This document shows, one piece after another, positions 7,810 through 16,653 of a stretch of DNA of 64,000 bases. Origin of the DNA: a virus; the IMG/VR virus record IMGVR_UViG_3300034102_003113; one strand, 5' to 3'. Positions within the stretch are counted from its first letter, which is position 1; the number at the start of each line of letters is the position of its first letter. The position numbers were made by a program, and so were the translations under genes. The notes under the pieces were generated by a model, which saw only the letters and a list, made by a program, of their open reading frames with translations, was not told where the DNA came from and searched no databases.

Positions 7810-8443
7810 ATATTGCCTGATCGGAGATCTTCATGGTCGAGTAGATACACTAGATAAGATACTTGACAAATCCAGTGGGTACAAGTACGTATTTATGGGT
7901 GATATTATCCACCACAAGCCATTCTTTAGAAGATCTAAGCGCTCCTCCCCGCTCAAAATGATGAGTAAGGTGAAGAGGTTGGTAAAGTCCGAAGATGCTC
8001 TGTTCATCTTAGGTAATAATGAAAATTATATTCTTAAAAACCTCCTCTTACCCGAGGAGGATATTCTTCAAAAAGAAGTTAAGTATACTCTTGGATGCCT
8101 AAGAGACCTTTCCCTTGAGGAGAGACTTGATTACCTCCATTGGTTAACCACCTCCCCATTAACTTTGGAGTTTGAGTCATATGGTAAGGTTTACCGTTGC
8201 GCCCATGCCTACTATAACCCCAACTACACACCAGAGACACGTAACTCTGTACTTACTGGGATAGGTTATCCTTGGTTTAAATTGGACAAACTTGAAGATC
8301 ACATTAAGCCTGATGCTGAGTATTTCTTTGGCCATTATGGATACCCCTACTTCCGTAAGAACTTAAAGATCATTGATGCGACCAACTTCGAAGGCGTCGG
8401 GGTATATTACACAGATCGTGAAGAGTTTTTAATCTACTACTAA
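7799..8443 (+). CDS. Calcineurin-like metallophosphoesterase
   Basis: IGDLHG, FMGD, LGNNE, CAHA, FFGH motifs. Confidence 0.8.
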   Translation: MNTKYCLIGDLHGRVDTLDKILDKSSGYKYVFMGDIIHHKPFFRRSKRSSPLKMMSKVKRLVKSEDALFILGNNENYILKNLLLPEEDILQKEVKYTLGCLRDLSLEERLDYLHWLTTSPLTLEFESYGKVYRCAHAYYNPNYTPETRNSVLTGIGYPWFKLDKLEDHIKPDAEYFFGHYGYPYFRKNLKIIDATNFEGVGVYYTDREEFLIYY

Positions 8444-8489
8444 CTGGCCTTCTGGCTATGATAAAATATTCCTATCCGCCATCTCCTCT

Positions 8490-11180
8490 ATGTCAAAACT
8501 AAACTCTCTTGGGTACGTTGTTCTTTCCGATGCAATGAACTCAAAGGTATTTGGTGAGGATACCAACTGTGCCTCTGTGTCCGATAAGAAACTCTCCTCT
8601 ATTAAAGAAGAGATGGAGAAGTTTGGCGTTGAGTTTCCTATTAAAAACCCAGACAACTTCTTTATCGAGGACTTCTCCCTTCCGCAGTTAAAATCTGGAA
8701 ATATTAAGGATCATTTTGACAAGATCTCAAAAGATCTCGCGGAGGATAACATCAAAGTGATGAAGGACTTTGCGTACACAGAGATCCCTGACGCACCTGA
8801 TAAAACCGAATTCTTTTTATATGCCGGTTGGGTCAAGTATCCTTTTGATGGTTCTCCAGAGGTAGTAGATGGCATTGAGGAGGATATCGCCATCTATGAC
8901 TGTGAGACTTTTGTTAAGGGTAGTGAATTCGGCCATCCCATCATGGCTACTGCAGTTACTCCTAAAGCTTACTATATCTGGATGCATCCAGCATTTGTAA
9001 ATACAAACCTTGATTACCAACCAACTCTTGTACCTATTGGTAGTAAGGATAAGATTCTTATTGCTCACAACGTAGCATTTGACCGGGCTCGCACCCAAGA
9101 AGCTTATACTCTTGGTAAGACTAATCTTTGGTTTGACACAATGTCCGCTCATATTAACGTGAGTGGGTTGGCATCTGGACAACGATGGTGGTATTTACAA
9201 AAAGCTGCTAAGAAAGCATCTTACAAAGCCGATCCCGTATGGGCTGATAAGGGTTCGATGAATAACCTCATCGACTGTTATAACTTCCATTGCCAACCCA
9301 TGGTCCCCCTTGAGCAGGAAGACAAGAAGATTCGTAATATCTTTGTAGATGCTTGCTCTATGCAGGAGTTTGTACCCGAACGTGACGAGCTTATTGCCTA
9401 TGCACTCAACGACGTAAAAATTACCTTCGAGTTATACTCAATCCTCTTCCTCAAGTACATCCAAAACAACCCTTCGCTCACGACTCTGATTGGACATTTT
9501 GGTATCGCTTCTGCCCATCTTCCTGTGGTCAATGATTGGGAAAAATGGTTCGCGGACTGCGAAAAGCAATGGGAGGATTCGATCTCGCGTCAGGAGGATA
9601 TTCTCAGTCAAATGGCCCAAGAGGTATATCAGTCGTGGAATGAAGGGGAACTGACCGACGAGGATATTAAAGCGGATCCATGGCTCTCACAACTTGATTG
9701 GGAGGCTAATTTTAAACTCACTAAGGCTGGGAAACCCAGTTCGAAGTGGTATGGGGTGCCTAAGTGGGTAAGGAGTGCCTCATCAAAAGATCTTGTGGAT
9801 GGAAAACCTGTTATCCAGGGTATCTCCACTAAAAACCGTCTATCTCATATCCTTCTCCGCCTTAAGTGGAACGATCAACCAATCCACTATTTCACTGACA
9901 AGGGTTGGTGCTTTATGGACGAGGAGTTGGGAGATTATATCCGTATTCCGCATACTGACGGGGAGGGGGTCAATGTTGGTGGTGTACTTACTAAGGATTA
10001 TGCTGATGACTTTGAATCGGGACAGTTGAGTTCCGATCTTGAAGAGGCTAGGGAACTCATCAAGTTAGCAATTAATGTTGCTTATTGGACTTCGGTGAGG
10101 AGCAGGGTGAGAGAACAACTTGTGGAAGTAATCAAAACCCCAGAAGGTAATTCTTTTAAGATGATTGTTCCCGCTGCAGTACCCCATAACACTTCTACTA
10201 ACCGAGCCGGAGAGAATCTATGGTTGACTGTCCCAGATCCTAAGTACGATAAGATTGGTAGCGAAATCAAGACTCGGGTCCAGGCCCCTGAAGGTTATGT
10301 ATTCGTCCAGTCCGACTTTGACGCCCAAGAAGCCGTAGTTGCCTCGATCTTTGCCGACTCATACCACAAGGTGGCCGGGAGCACTCAGTTCTCTCACTCG
10401 ATCCTTGCCGGGAGTAAAGACGATGGGACTGACATGCACTCTATGACTGCAAAGGCCATCGGAATCTCTCGTGCTATTGCCAAAGGTTGTAACTACGGAA
10501 TGCTTTATGGATGTGGAGCTAAGACTCTTGCCAATACCATTCGCAAGGGGAATAAAAACATCCCGATGAAGCAGGCCATTGACATGGGCAATAAACTCAT
10601 TAAGATTAAGAAGGGAGAGAAGGCCTCACGGACTTCTCAGACGCTCATCGGTGGGTCTGACTCCTATGCCTACAACGAGATGGCCCGTATCGCCAACCTA
10701 CCTTCCCCCATCAACCCTCTCAGTGGTACTAAGATGTCCACGGCTTTCCGTCCTACATCAGTGGGTACTGATTTCTGGACCATGCGTAATAACTGGTGCA
10801 TTCAATCCACAGGGAGCGCTATGCTCCATGCCTTCATGACGGCCATGGAGTGGTTGAATAAGGAGTACCGACTTGATGCGGAGTTCTGCATGAGTGTCCA
10901 TGACAGCATCCTCTATCTCTGCCCTGAGGCTCAGGCCGAGAAGGTTGCAGCCCTTTTCCAGGTAGCTCATGCTTGGTGTTGGGCCTGGATGCGGTATAAT
11001 TACGACATCTATGAGCTCCCAGTGGCAAATGCCTGGCTCTCTTCTATCGAGATCGATAGCATCTTCCGTAAAGCAGCCACAGCAAATACCAAAACTGTTT
11101 CTCAACAAAAAACTGAATCCGATGGACAATCAAGAACAATCCAAGAACTCATCCCAGTCCTCAACTCCCTCTTCGGGTAA
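8490..11180 (+). CDS. Family A DNA polymerase, mitochondrial Pol-gamma-like
   Basis: ExoI YDCET, ExoII AHNVAFDRAR, DTMSAH..VSGL, ExoIII YALNDV; IGSEIKTRVQAPEGY-motif A DFDAQE; GTDMHS.TAKAIGISR..AK..NYG..YG motif B; SVHD motif C. All are collinear with POLG-specific blocks. Confidence 0.93.
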   Translation: MSKLNSLGYVVLSDAMNSKVFGEDTNCASVSDKKLSSIKEEMEKFGVEFPIKNPDNFFIEDFSLPQLKSGNIKDHFDKISKDLAEDNIKVMKDFAYTEIPDAPDKTEFFLYAGWVKYPFDGSPEVVDGIEEDIAIYDCETFVKGSEFGHPIMATAVTPKAYYIWMHPAFVNTNLDYQPTLVPIGSKDKILIAHNVAFDRARTQEAYTLGKTNLWFDTMSAHINVSGLASGQRWWYLQKAAKKASYKADPVWADKGSMNNLIDCYNFHCQPMVPLEQEDKKIRNIFVDACSMQEFVPERDELIAYALNDVKITFELYSILFLKYIQNNPSLTTLIGHFGIASAHLPVVNDWEKWFADCEKQWEDSISRQEDILSQMAQEVYQSWNEGELTDEDIKADPWLSQLDWEANFKLTKAGKPSSKWYGVPKWVRSASSKDLVDGKPVIQGISTKNRLSHILLRLKWNDQPIHYFTDKGWCFMDEELGDYIRIPHTDGEGVNVGGVLTKDYADDFESGQLSSDLEEARELIKLAINVAYWTSVRSRVREQLVEVIKTPEGNSFKMIVPAAVPHNTSTNRAGENLWLTVPDPKYDKIGSEIKTRVQAPEGYVFVQSDFDAQEAVVASIFADSYHKVAGSTQFSHSILAGSKDDGTDMHSMTAKAIGISRAIAKGCNYGMLYGCGAKTLANTIRKGNKNIPMKQAIDMGNKLIKIKKGEKASRTSQTLIGGSDSYAYNEMARIANLPSPINPLSGTKMSTAFRPTSVGTDFWTMRNNWCIQSTGSAMLHAFMTAMEWLNKEYRLDAEFCMSVHDSILYLCPEAQAEKVAALFQVAHAWCWAWMRYNYDIYELPVANAWLSSIEIDSIFRKAATANTKTVSQQKTESDGQSRTIQELIPVLNSLFG

Positions 11181-11517
11181 GATGGGGTGGGTGGAGTACT
11201 ACGTCACTCACGTCTTTCCAACTGGCTGGAGGACGATTGGCTCAGCATTTAAGATCTGGAAAGACCTTATGGCCAATAACTTCGCCGATTATACCCTTCT
11301 CCATACCGATGATCCATTTGAAGAATGCTACGGGTGGTTCTGGGCCACTCTTGGTGAAGATGATGTGTACCCCAAGGAGTTTCTTGAGTACCTCCAAGAT
11401 CTTTGTGATAGGATTGATAGAGGTGAGGAAGAACTTATCCCTCTTGATATGGATCAGATGCAACGGATTATGGACCTTGTAGGCGATGTGGAGTTGGACG
11501 ACAATGACTTTAATTGA
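11122..11517 (+). CDS. Hypothetical protein
   Basis: ORF-track 10969 trimmed to a plausible ATG; aromatic/acidic composition. Confidence 0.65.
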   Translation: MDNQEQSKNSSQSSTPSSGKMGWVEYYVTHVFPTGWRTIGSAFKIWKDLMANNFADYTLLHTDDPFEECYGWFWATLGEDDVYPKEFLEYLQDLCDRIDRGEEELIPLDMDQMQRIMDLVGDVELDDNDFN

Positions 11518-11749
11518 CATCAAGCATAAGTATGATTTTGGCCATGAGTTGATATTTTCCCTACTCAAGGGGAAAACATATTCTGCTTTCCAACTCTCCC
11601 TTGACTGGAACGATTGTGGTGGTTGGCCTTATCTTCAAATGAGCGCTGGCATGGGGAGGGCATTTAGCTTCCTTCTCAGCATTGGAAGATTCGGTATCTC
11701 ATTTGACATCATTGGGTATACTTGGCCAGATGATTATTTACAGGATTAA
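11504..11749 (+). CDS. Hypothetical protein
   Basis: GGAG upstream; overlaps the previous stop. Confidence 0.6.
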   Translation: MTLIDIKHKYDFGHELIFSLLKGKTYSAFQLSLDWNDCGGWPYLQMSAGMGRAFSFLLSIGRFGISFDIIGYTWPDDYLQD

Positions 11750-11752
11750 TAA

Positions 11753-12001
11753 ATGATTTTCTTATCAAAGTTGATGAATTCGATTGAGATTAATCTCATG
11801 CAGATTGAACTGACTTATGATCTTTGGCAAGGGGTCATGATGTCATATAGTTGTACGCCATCTTATCAGCAACTTCTCCGCAGGGATTTTTTTGAAGAAT
11901 TAAACTATGGTTGGTACGCAGAGTACATCTATCCATACGACGATCTTTATGTACCCATAGTATCTAAAGAAAGAAAACTTCGTATCGGAGGTGCGATTTA
12001 A
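11753..12001 (+). CDS. Hypothetical protein
   Basis: Tightly packed ORF. Confidence 0.6.
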   Translation: MIFLSKLMNSIEINLMQIELTYDLWQGVMMSYSCTPSYQQLLRRDFFEELNYGWYAEYIYPYDDLYVPIVSKERKLRIGGAI

Positions 12002-12345
12002 TGGACATTTTAAGATCGATAAATAAATGGGTAATTGGATATTCCCCAATTAAACATACGATTTTATGGAATTGGTACAGACTTATTAACCACCGAGGTT
12101 GGAGACTTGACGATAGGCACCTCTACTATGATTTTTGGTATGTTTTAAATCATGGTTGGGAGCATATGACCTATGTTCACAAGTTTGAGGAATTTTGGGG
12201 TAAGGGATCTTATCCTCCTGAACGCATTGTCCTTTCGTCAAAAAACTTTGATGCCCTGATAGAGCGTCTAAATGCCCCTCCAGATCCTAAAGTCCAGGCA
12301 AGAATAAAGGAACTACTTGAACGTAAAGCACCATGGGAAATTTAA
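12001..12345 (+). CDS. Protein with DUF1778/TacA-antitoxin-like C-terminus
   Basis: ERIVLSSKNFDALIERLNAPPDP...IKELLERKAPWE resembles the TacA C-terminal region; no RHH N-terminus. Confidence 0.65.
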   Translation: MDILRSINKWVIGYSPIKHTILWNWYRLINHRGWRLDDRHLYYDFWYVLNHGWEHMTYVHKFEEFWGKGSYPPERIVLSSKNFDALIERLNAPPDPKVQARIKELLERKAPWEI

Positions 12346-12497
12346 ACTTTACTCACGAGCAATTAAAACTTATTTTTAATTCTGTAAGACGATATCAGAT
12401 TGAAAAATGCTCGGTGGGTGGGCAAGATTATGAACTCTGTGATTCTGTTCTCAATGTATTCTATCCGTTTGTATACACGCAATCTAAAGAAAAATAA
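12333..12497 (+). CDS. 54-aa hypothetical protein
   Basis: Fills the gap; TAATG coupling to the next ORF. Confidence 0.5.
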   Translation: MGNLNFTHEQLKLIFNSVRRYQIEKCSVGGQDYELCDSVLNVFYPFVYTQSKEK

Positions 12498-12709
12498 TGA
12501 CTTACGATGAACTCTATGGACACATCATCAACTATGTTGCAGATCCACATACTACTATTGTAGAGCACGATCATCGTCGTACTTGTTTAATTCTTGGCGC
12601 ATTTATGGAGTTTATTCTTGATTGTCAAGATGATGGTGTTGATGCGAATACTATTGATATCACTGATTTTATTCATGAAAAACTTGACGTCTTGGAAGGT
12701 AAAAAATGA
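12497..12709 (+). CDS. Hypothetical protein
   Basis: Coupled small-ORF array. Confidence 0.65.
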   Translation: MTYDELYGHIINYVADPHTTIVEHDHRRTCLILGAFMEFILDCQDDGVDANTIDITDFIHEKLDVLEGKK

Positions 12710-13143
12710 AAACCTACAATCTCACCATCACTGAAAAGCAGGCACGAGCACTTGTAGATGCTACTGATTTGCTTCAAAGAGTTCAACTTGGTCAGTGGAG
12801 GGAAATTCAAGATAATCTACCTCTTCAAAAACCAATTGATTATGAGGAACTCCATCAAGACATGAGAATTATTGGAGCAATTCTATCCAAACATATGATT
12901 GATGGTATTGATGGTGGTGCTTCCTCACTTGGAGTAGGACATCCAAACCTTCCAGAAAGCAATGGTATTCTTTACGACCTTCATCGGGTTATTCGTAGGA
13001 AACTTTCTGTGGAACGAGCAGTAGAACAGGGCATTATTGAGAATGAAAATGTTTCCAGAAATGAAATGCCTATCACAGTAGATTTTGATTTACCTATGAA
13101 ATGGGGCAATGAACCACTTGCTAAACTGGAAAGGGTCAGTTGA
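12706..13143 (+). CDS. Hypothetical protein
   Basis: ATGA overlap; 145 aa. Confidence 0.7.
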   Translation: MKTYNLTITEKQARALVDATDLLQRVQLGQWREIQDNLPLQKPIDYEELHQDMRIIGAILSKHMIDGIDGGASSLGVGHPNLPESNGILYDLHRVIRRKLSVERAVEQGIIENENVSRNEMPITVDFDLPMKWGNEPLAKLERVS

Positions 13144-13145
13144 AC

Positions 13146-13190
13146 AACTGGCACAAGACATCTCCACGGATGCCTTTTTCATTATATGAT
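13146..13190 (+). promoter_or_regulatory. Early promoter: AACTGGCACAAGAC-N25-TATGAT
   Basis: 14-nt exact repeat with 14804-14817 at identical spacing to the -10 box. Confidence 0.65.
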
Positions 13191-13211
13191 GACTTCAGTT
13201 CAAACAAAGCG

Positions 13212-13382
13212 ATGGACGACCAGCACACTCTCGATGTGAGGATTGCTGATACTTTGGAAAAAATTCAAGGTATCAATCCTGTTCTGTATGGTATGTGGTA
13301 TAGCAAACTATATCCTCCTCATGGTGACGACAAACACTGGACTACTAAAACTCTCACTCATCTGAATAATCTACTAAAATGA
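13212..13382 (+). CDS. Hypothetical protein
   Basis: First ATG downstream of the promoter, within ORF-track 13140. Confidence 0.55.
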   Translation: MDDQHTLDVRIADTLEKIQGINPVLYGMWYSKLYPPHGDDKHWTTKTLTHLNNLLK

Positions 13383-13621
13383 CTAAATCATTACCACAAA
13401 AAACACACGCAGAGACACTAATCAAGGTCACAGAAGAATACACTCTACGACCCAAAACAGGTGATCGTGTGGAGGTATGTATTACTGTTCTTCAGTATCT
13501 TCTGGATAACTTTGCTTATGATCACGAAACTTGCGATGAAGAAGACTGTGGTTATTCTGGTAGGTATGTAGATGCTGATGACATTAACCATCTCATTTAT
13601 GAACTGCAAAAACTGAAATGA
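13379..13621 (+). CDS. Hypothetical protein
   Basis: ATGA-coupled. Confidence 0.65.
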   Translation: MTKSLPQKTHAETLIKVTEEYTLRPKTGDRVEVCITVLQYLLDNFAYDHETCDEEDCGYSGRYVDADDINHLIYELQKLK

Positions 13622-13902
13622 CTGACCAAGAAGAACTCTCAGTATCAAACGAATTCATCACATTTGTGAGAATTCAACTTGACCACGAACAAAAACAACA
13701 ACTCAATCGTTTCCTGAACCTTCACTATCTTGGTGATGTGAATTGTAATGAGTATGATGAGAACTTCAAACTTGTTGCCAAATACCCAGAGAAAGAGACA
13801 GAAGAGTTCAAAAATGCTATGTGGAGAGCAAATATGGTCAATGAGTATCAAGTAAAAGTTGTATATGATGTAAATGGTAAATGTAAATTAGAGTTACTAT
13901 GA
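13618..13902 (+). CDS. Hypothetical protein
   Basis: ATGA-coupled. Confidence 0.65.
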   Translation: MTDQEELSVSNEFITFVRIQLDHEQKQQLNRFLNLHYLGDVNCNEYDENFKLVAKYPEKETEEFKNAMWRANMVNEYQVKVVYDVNGKCKLELL

Positions 13903-14171
13903 ACTACGAAACTGAAATCATAGATGGGCACAAAGCAGTTGTCCGTCATTTCTTCAAACCACACGAAATCCAAGTTGGTTCTCGTTGGGCACGGGCAGAT
14001 GGTTCCAAAGGTTATGTGACCGTTGAGGAAATTAAAGTCTATCCTGCTTCAGACCACGAAGAAAATCACTGGTATGAGATTTATTATTCTTGGGAAGAGA
14101 ATGGTGTGAAGAAAATTCACAATAAAGACCACTTTTCCTTTCAGTGTCGTTATTGTTTGATTGTAGAATGA
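13899..14171 (+). CDS. Hypothetical protein
   Basis: ATGA-coupled. Confidence 0.65.
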   Translation: MNYETEIIDGHKAVVRHFFKPHEIQVGSRWARADGSKGYVTVEEIKVYPASDHEENHWYEIYYSWEENGVKKIHNKDHFSFQCRYCLIVE

Positions 14172-14425
14172 AACTCTTTCAATACGACAAAAAAGTTTGG
14201 GATGATGGTGATACTGACCGCACCTGGCAGTTTGGTATCATTAATAACAAAACATTATTCTGGGTTCATTATGAAAACCCCAGTCGTTTAGTTTTTAGTG
14301 ATGGTGGATTACACATCCTATTCTCATTCTTTACTAATTCTTTATTTGGAGTAGATTTTCAAGTTGGTAAGGTTGGTTTGAGTTTTAACTTTTTTACTGA
14401 ATACTTTGATGGGTGGGATGACTGA
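14168..14425 (+). CDS. Hypothetical protein
   Basis: ATGA-coupled; aromatic beta-rich, resembles 11504..11749. Confidence 0.6.
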   Translation: MKLFQYDKKVWDDGDTDRTWQFGIINNKTLFWVHYENPSRLVFSDGGLHILFSFFTNSLFGVDFQVGKVGLSFNFFTEYFDGWDD

Positions 14426-14625
14426 TGTTTAACTTCAAAGAGGACTGGGAAGAACCAACTCATAAGGCAATTCAAAAAATGCTGTCTTATAAAGGATACA
14501 TTCCATCCAAAGACCTCAACGAGTATCAGTATCAAACCTATCTTCAAGTAGCATCACCATACGAACTGGAAAAAGACATTATCACCGAAAAGACGATGCT
14601 TAAAGTAAATGATGAGGTATTATGA
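14425..14625 (+). CDS. Hypothetical protein
   Basis: TGATG-coupled. Confidence 0.6.
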   Translation: MFNFKEDWEEPTHKAIQKMLSYKGYIPSKDLNEYQYQTYLQVASPYELEKDIITEKTMLKVNDEVL

Positions 14626-14804
14626 AACTCTACAATCGTCCTATGAACTTCTTTGAGAAAATCCAAGTTGGCTGGTGGTGGATTGGAGAAATCTTTGGTG
14701 AATGGTGCTATACTATGAGAAGTGAAGACGGAGAGTTCTTTAACTATCTTCAAAGTGATTATGTCCGTTATGAACAGGAAATGTATTATCAGGACACTTT
14801 CTAA
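14622..14804 (+). CDS. Hypothetical protein
   Basis: GAGGT RBS, ATGA-coupled. Confidence 0.6.
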   Translation: MKLYNRPMNFFEKIQVGWWWIGEIFGEWCYTMRSEDGEFFNYLQSDYVRYEQEMYYQDTF

Positions 14805-14848
14805 ACTGGCACAAGACCTCACCACAGACCTTGTGAGTGCCCTATAAT
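14804..14848 (+). promoter_or_regulatory. Early promoter: AACTGGCACAAGAC-N25-TATAAT
   Basis: Second copy of the 13146 element. Confidence 0.65.
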
Positions 14849-14870
14849 ACTCTCATAAGCAACCAAACCG

Positions 14871-15083
14871 ATGACTAATCCCATCATTCCCAAAGTCGCA
14901 TACATTCCTCTGGAATACCATATGTCCGTTGAAGACTTCTTGGAAGTTTGGAAGGATATGAAAATGGAAGAGGAACCCACACAAGAAGATTATGATACTT
15001 TTATTCTTGATAGGGGAAAATCGTATTTTTATGATATGAGAGGAGAACTTGAACTTTACATTCGTTTGACGGAGGACAACTAA
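14871..15083 (+). CDS. Hypothetical protein
   Basis: Follows the promoter; acidic. Confidence 0.65.
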   Translation: MTNPIIPKVAYIPLEYHMSVEDFLEVWKDMKMEEEPTQEDYDTFILDRGKSYFYDMRGELELYIRLTEDN

Positions 15084-15084
15084 A

Positions 15085-15231
15085 ATGTCTAACCCAACTG
15101 ACGAACAACTTGATGAACTCTGGGATGAGATTGGAGGTTATTACAATCTTTATTCCGAAGTTAGAAATACTATCCGTGAGGCACTCAATCGTTGGTGTAC
15201 ACAAGAACCAGAGGTAAAAGAAAATGCCTGA
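15085..15231 (+). CDS. 48-aa hypothetical protein
   Basis: GGAGG RBS; MSNPTDEQLDELW... Confidence 0.55.
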   Translation: MSNPTDEQLDELWDEIGGYYNLYSEVRNTIREALNRWCTQEPEVKENA

Positions 15232-15351
15232 CGACCTTCAAAGAGAAGAAGAACTATTCTTCAAAGCACTTGAAGAATACAAAGAGAAAAAATCACAAGA
15301 ACCAACAGACAAAACCACAAACACTCTACCAGCAGTAATCGCAGCAGTATT

Positions 15352-15576
15352 ATGACTAACCAACAAAAAGCAGAAGAGCTCCTAAAAGTTTTCTGGGAAA
15401 GTCAAGCACACAATCCTGCTTGGCTGCTCCAAGAAACTCTTCAACATCTTCGTAAGCAACTATCAGGAAATAATGTTCTTGATTTTTATGATGAGCAAGG
15501 TATGATGTATAATTATGGGTGGGATGACTGCCTCAAAGAGATCGATGCTATTTGTGATGAACTTTTAGAACTATGA
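15352..15576 (+). CDS. Hypothetical protein
   Basis: Coupled array. Confidence 0.6.
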   Translation: MTNQQKAEELLKVFWESQAHNPAWLLQETLQHLRKQLSGNNVLDFYDEQGMMYNYGWDDCLKEIDAICDELLEL

Positions 15577-15788
15577 CTACCAGAGCACAAAAAATCGTAG
15601 ATGCTACGATGGAACTTACACTACGACCACAACAAGGAGACAGAGCAAGAGTGATTGCTGCTGCTATTCGTGAGATTGCGAATGAGTTTCAATACTATCA
15701 GTGTTGTGAAGAAGAAGGTGTAGAAGATATGGTAGTTGATGCTCGGTTGCTTTATGAACTTGCTGATGAACTGGAGGCACTCAAATGA
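15573..15788 (+). CDS. Hypothetical protein
   Basis: ATGA-coupled; C-terminus ELADELEAL shared with 15991..16197. Confidence 0.6.
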   Translation: MTTRAQKIVDATMELTLRPQQGDRARVIAAAIREIANEFQYYQCCEEEGVEDMVVDARLLYELADELEALK

Positions 15789-15994
15789 TTTTAAATGAAG
15801 AAATCATCAAACTTGCTAACACCTATGGGTTTGATAGACACATAAGTAAAACAACACACGACATTTACTGGGAATGTGATGAAGAAGACCTCTTGAAGTT
15901 TGCCCAAAAAATCTATCAAATGGGTTATGATGATGGTTGCTACGAAACATCTTATTCCACTGGATACACTGGACTTTTTGGAGAACCACAATGA
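15785..15994 (+). CDS. Hypothetical protein, paralog of 16379..16552
   Basis: MILNEEIIKL...KFAQKIYQMGY. Confidence 0.65.
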   Translation: MILNEEIIKLANTYGFDRHISKTTHDIYWECDEEDLLKFAQKIYQMGYDDGCYETSYSTGYTGLFGEPQ

Positions 15995-16197
15995 CTGACA
16001 CAGCATACCAAATCTGGGAAACATTCAAAGCAGAATTGATTGTAGAACCCACAGATGATATGAAACAAGCATTAGCATCTTCTATTCGTGTGATTTCTTC
16101 TCTCATTCATAGAGATGGAGTGCTTGACCAAGAACCCTTGTTTATTCATATTGCTGATGAACTGAATGAACTTGCTGATAATGTGGAGGCACTATGA
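15991..16197 (+). CDS. Hypothetical protein
   Basis: GGAG RBS, ATGA-coupled. Confidence 0.6.
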   Translation: MTDTAYQIWETFKAELIVEPTDDMKQALASSIRVISSLIHRDGVLDQEPLFIHIADELNELADNVEAL

Positions 16198-16382
16198 TTA
16201 CTCTTGATACACTAAAAACTAAAGCATATGGTCTCCTCACATCAGAAAATGATGAGCAAATTTTGGAGATTATAGAAACTGCTTATCGTCTTGGATGGGA
16301 AAATGGGTATGATGAGGCAGGATTAAACTATCAACTAGTTATTGATAAACTTATGAGTTGTGTGGGGGAACTTGGAGGATGA
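16194..16382 (+). CDS. Hypothetical protein
   Basis: GGAGG RBS, ATGA-coupled. Confidence 0.6.
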   Translation: MITLDTLKTKAYGLLTSENDEQILEIIETAYRLGWENGYDEAGLNYQLVIDKLMSCVGELGG

Positions 16383-16552
16383 TTTTAGATGAAGAAGTCA
16401 TCAAACTTGTAAAAGAACACTTTGAAGAAGATTGGGATGAGAATGATGGTTGGGAGTATTCTGGAAACTTTGATGCTTTTGTGAAGTTTGCCCAAGAAAT
16501 CTTTCAAATGGGCTATAATGAAGGTAGTTATGATATGTCCTACTATGAGTGA
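16379..16552 (+). CDS. Hypothetical protein, paralog of 15785..15994
   Basis: MILDEEVIKL...KFAQEIFQMGY. Confidence 0.65.
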   Translation: MILDEEVIKLVKEHFEEDWDENDGWEYSGNFDAFVKFAQEIFQMGYNEGSYDMSYYE

Positions 16553-16653
16553 AATGAAACCGTTTATATTGTAGATACTATGATTTGGGAAAATCGTGTT
16601 GATGAACTTCATACAATTTGGCATAAAGGTAAAGACCCACGAAAGGTAGAAAA

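Noticed and set aside
10969-11121. N-terminal extension of the ORF after the polymerase
   Set aside because: Deep overlap with conserved polymerase sequence; a later ATG is more plausible
7285-11180. Modified-base (e.g. 2-aminoadenine) pathway around the polymerase
   Set aside because: No PurZ, HD-domain dATPase or other base-modification genes recognisable here
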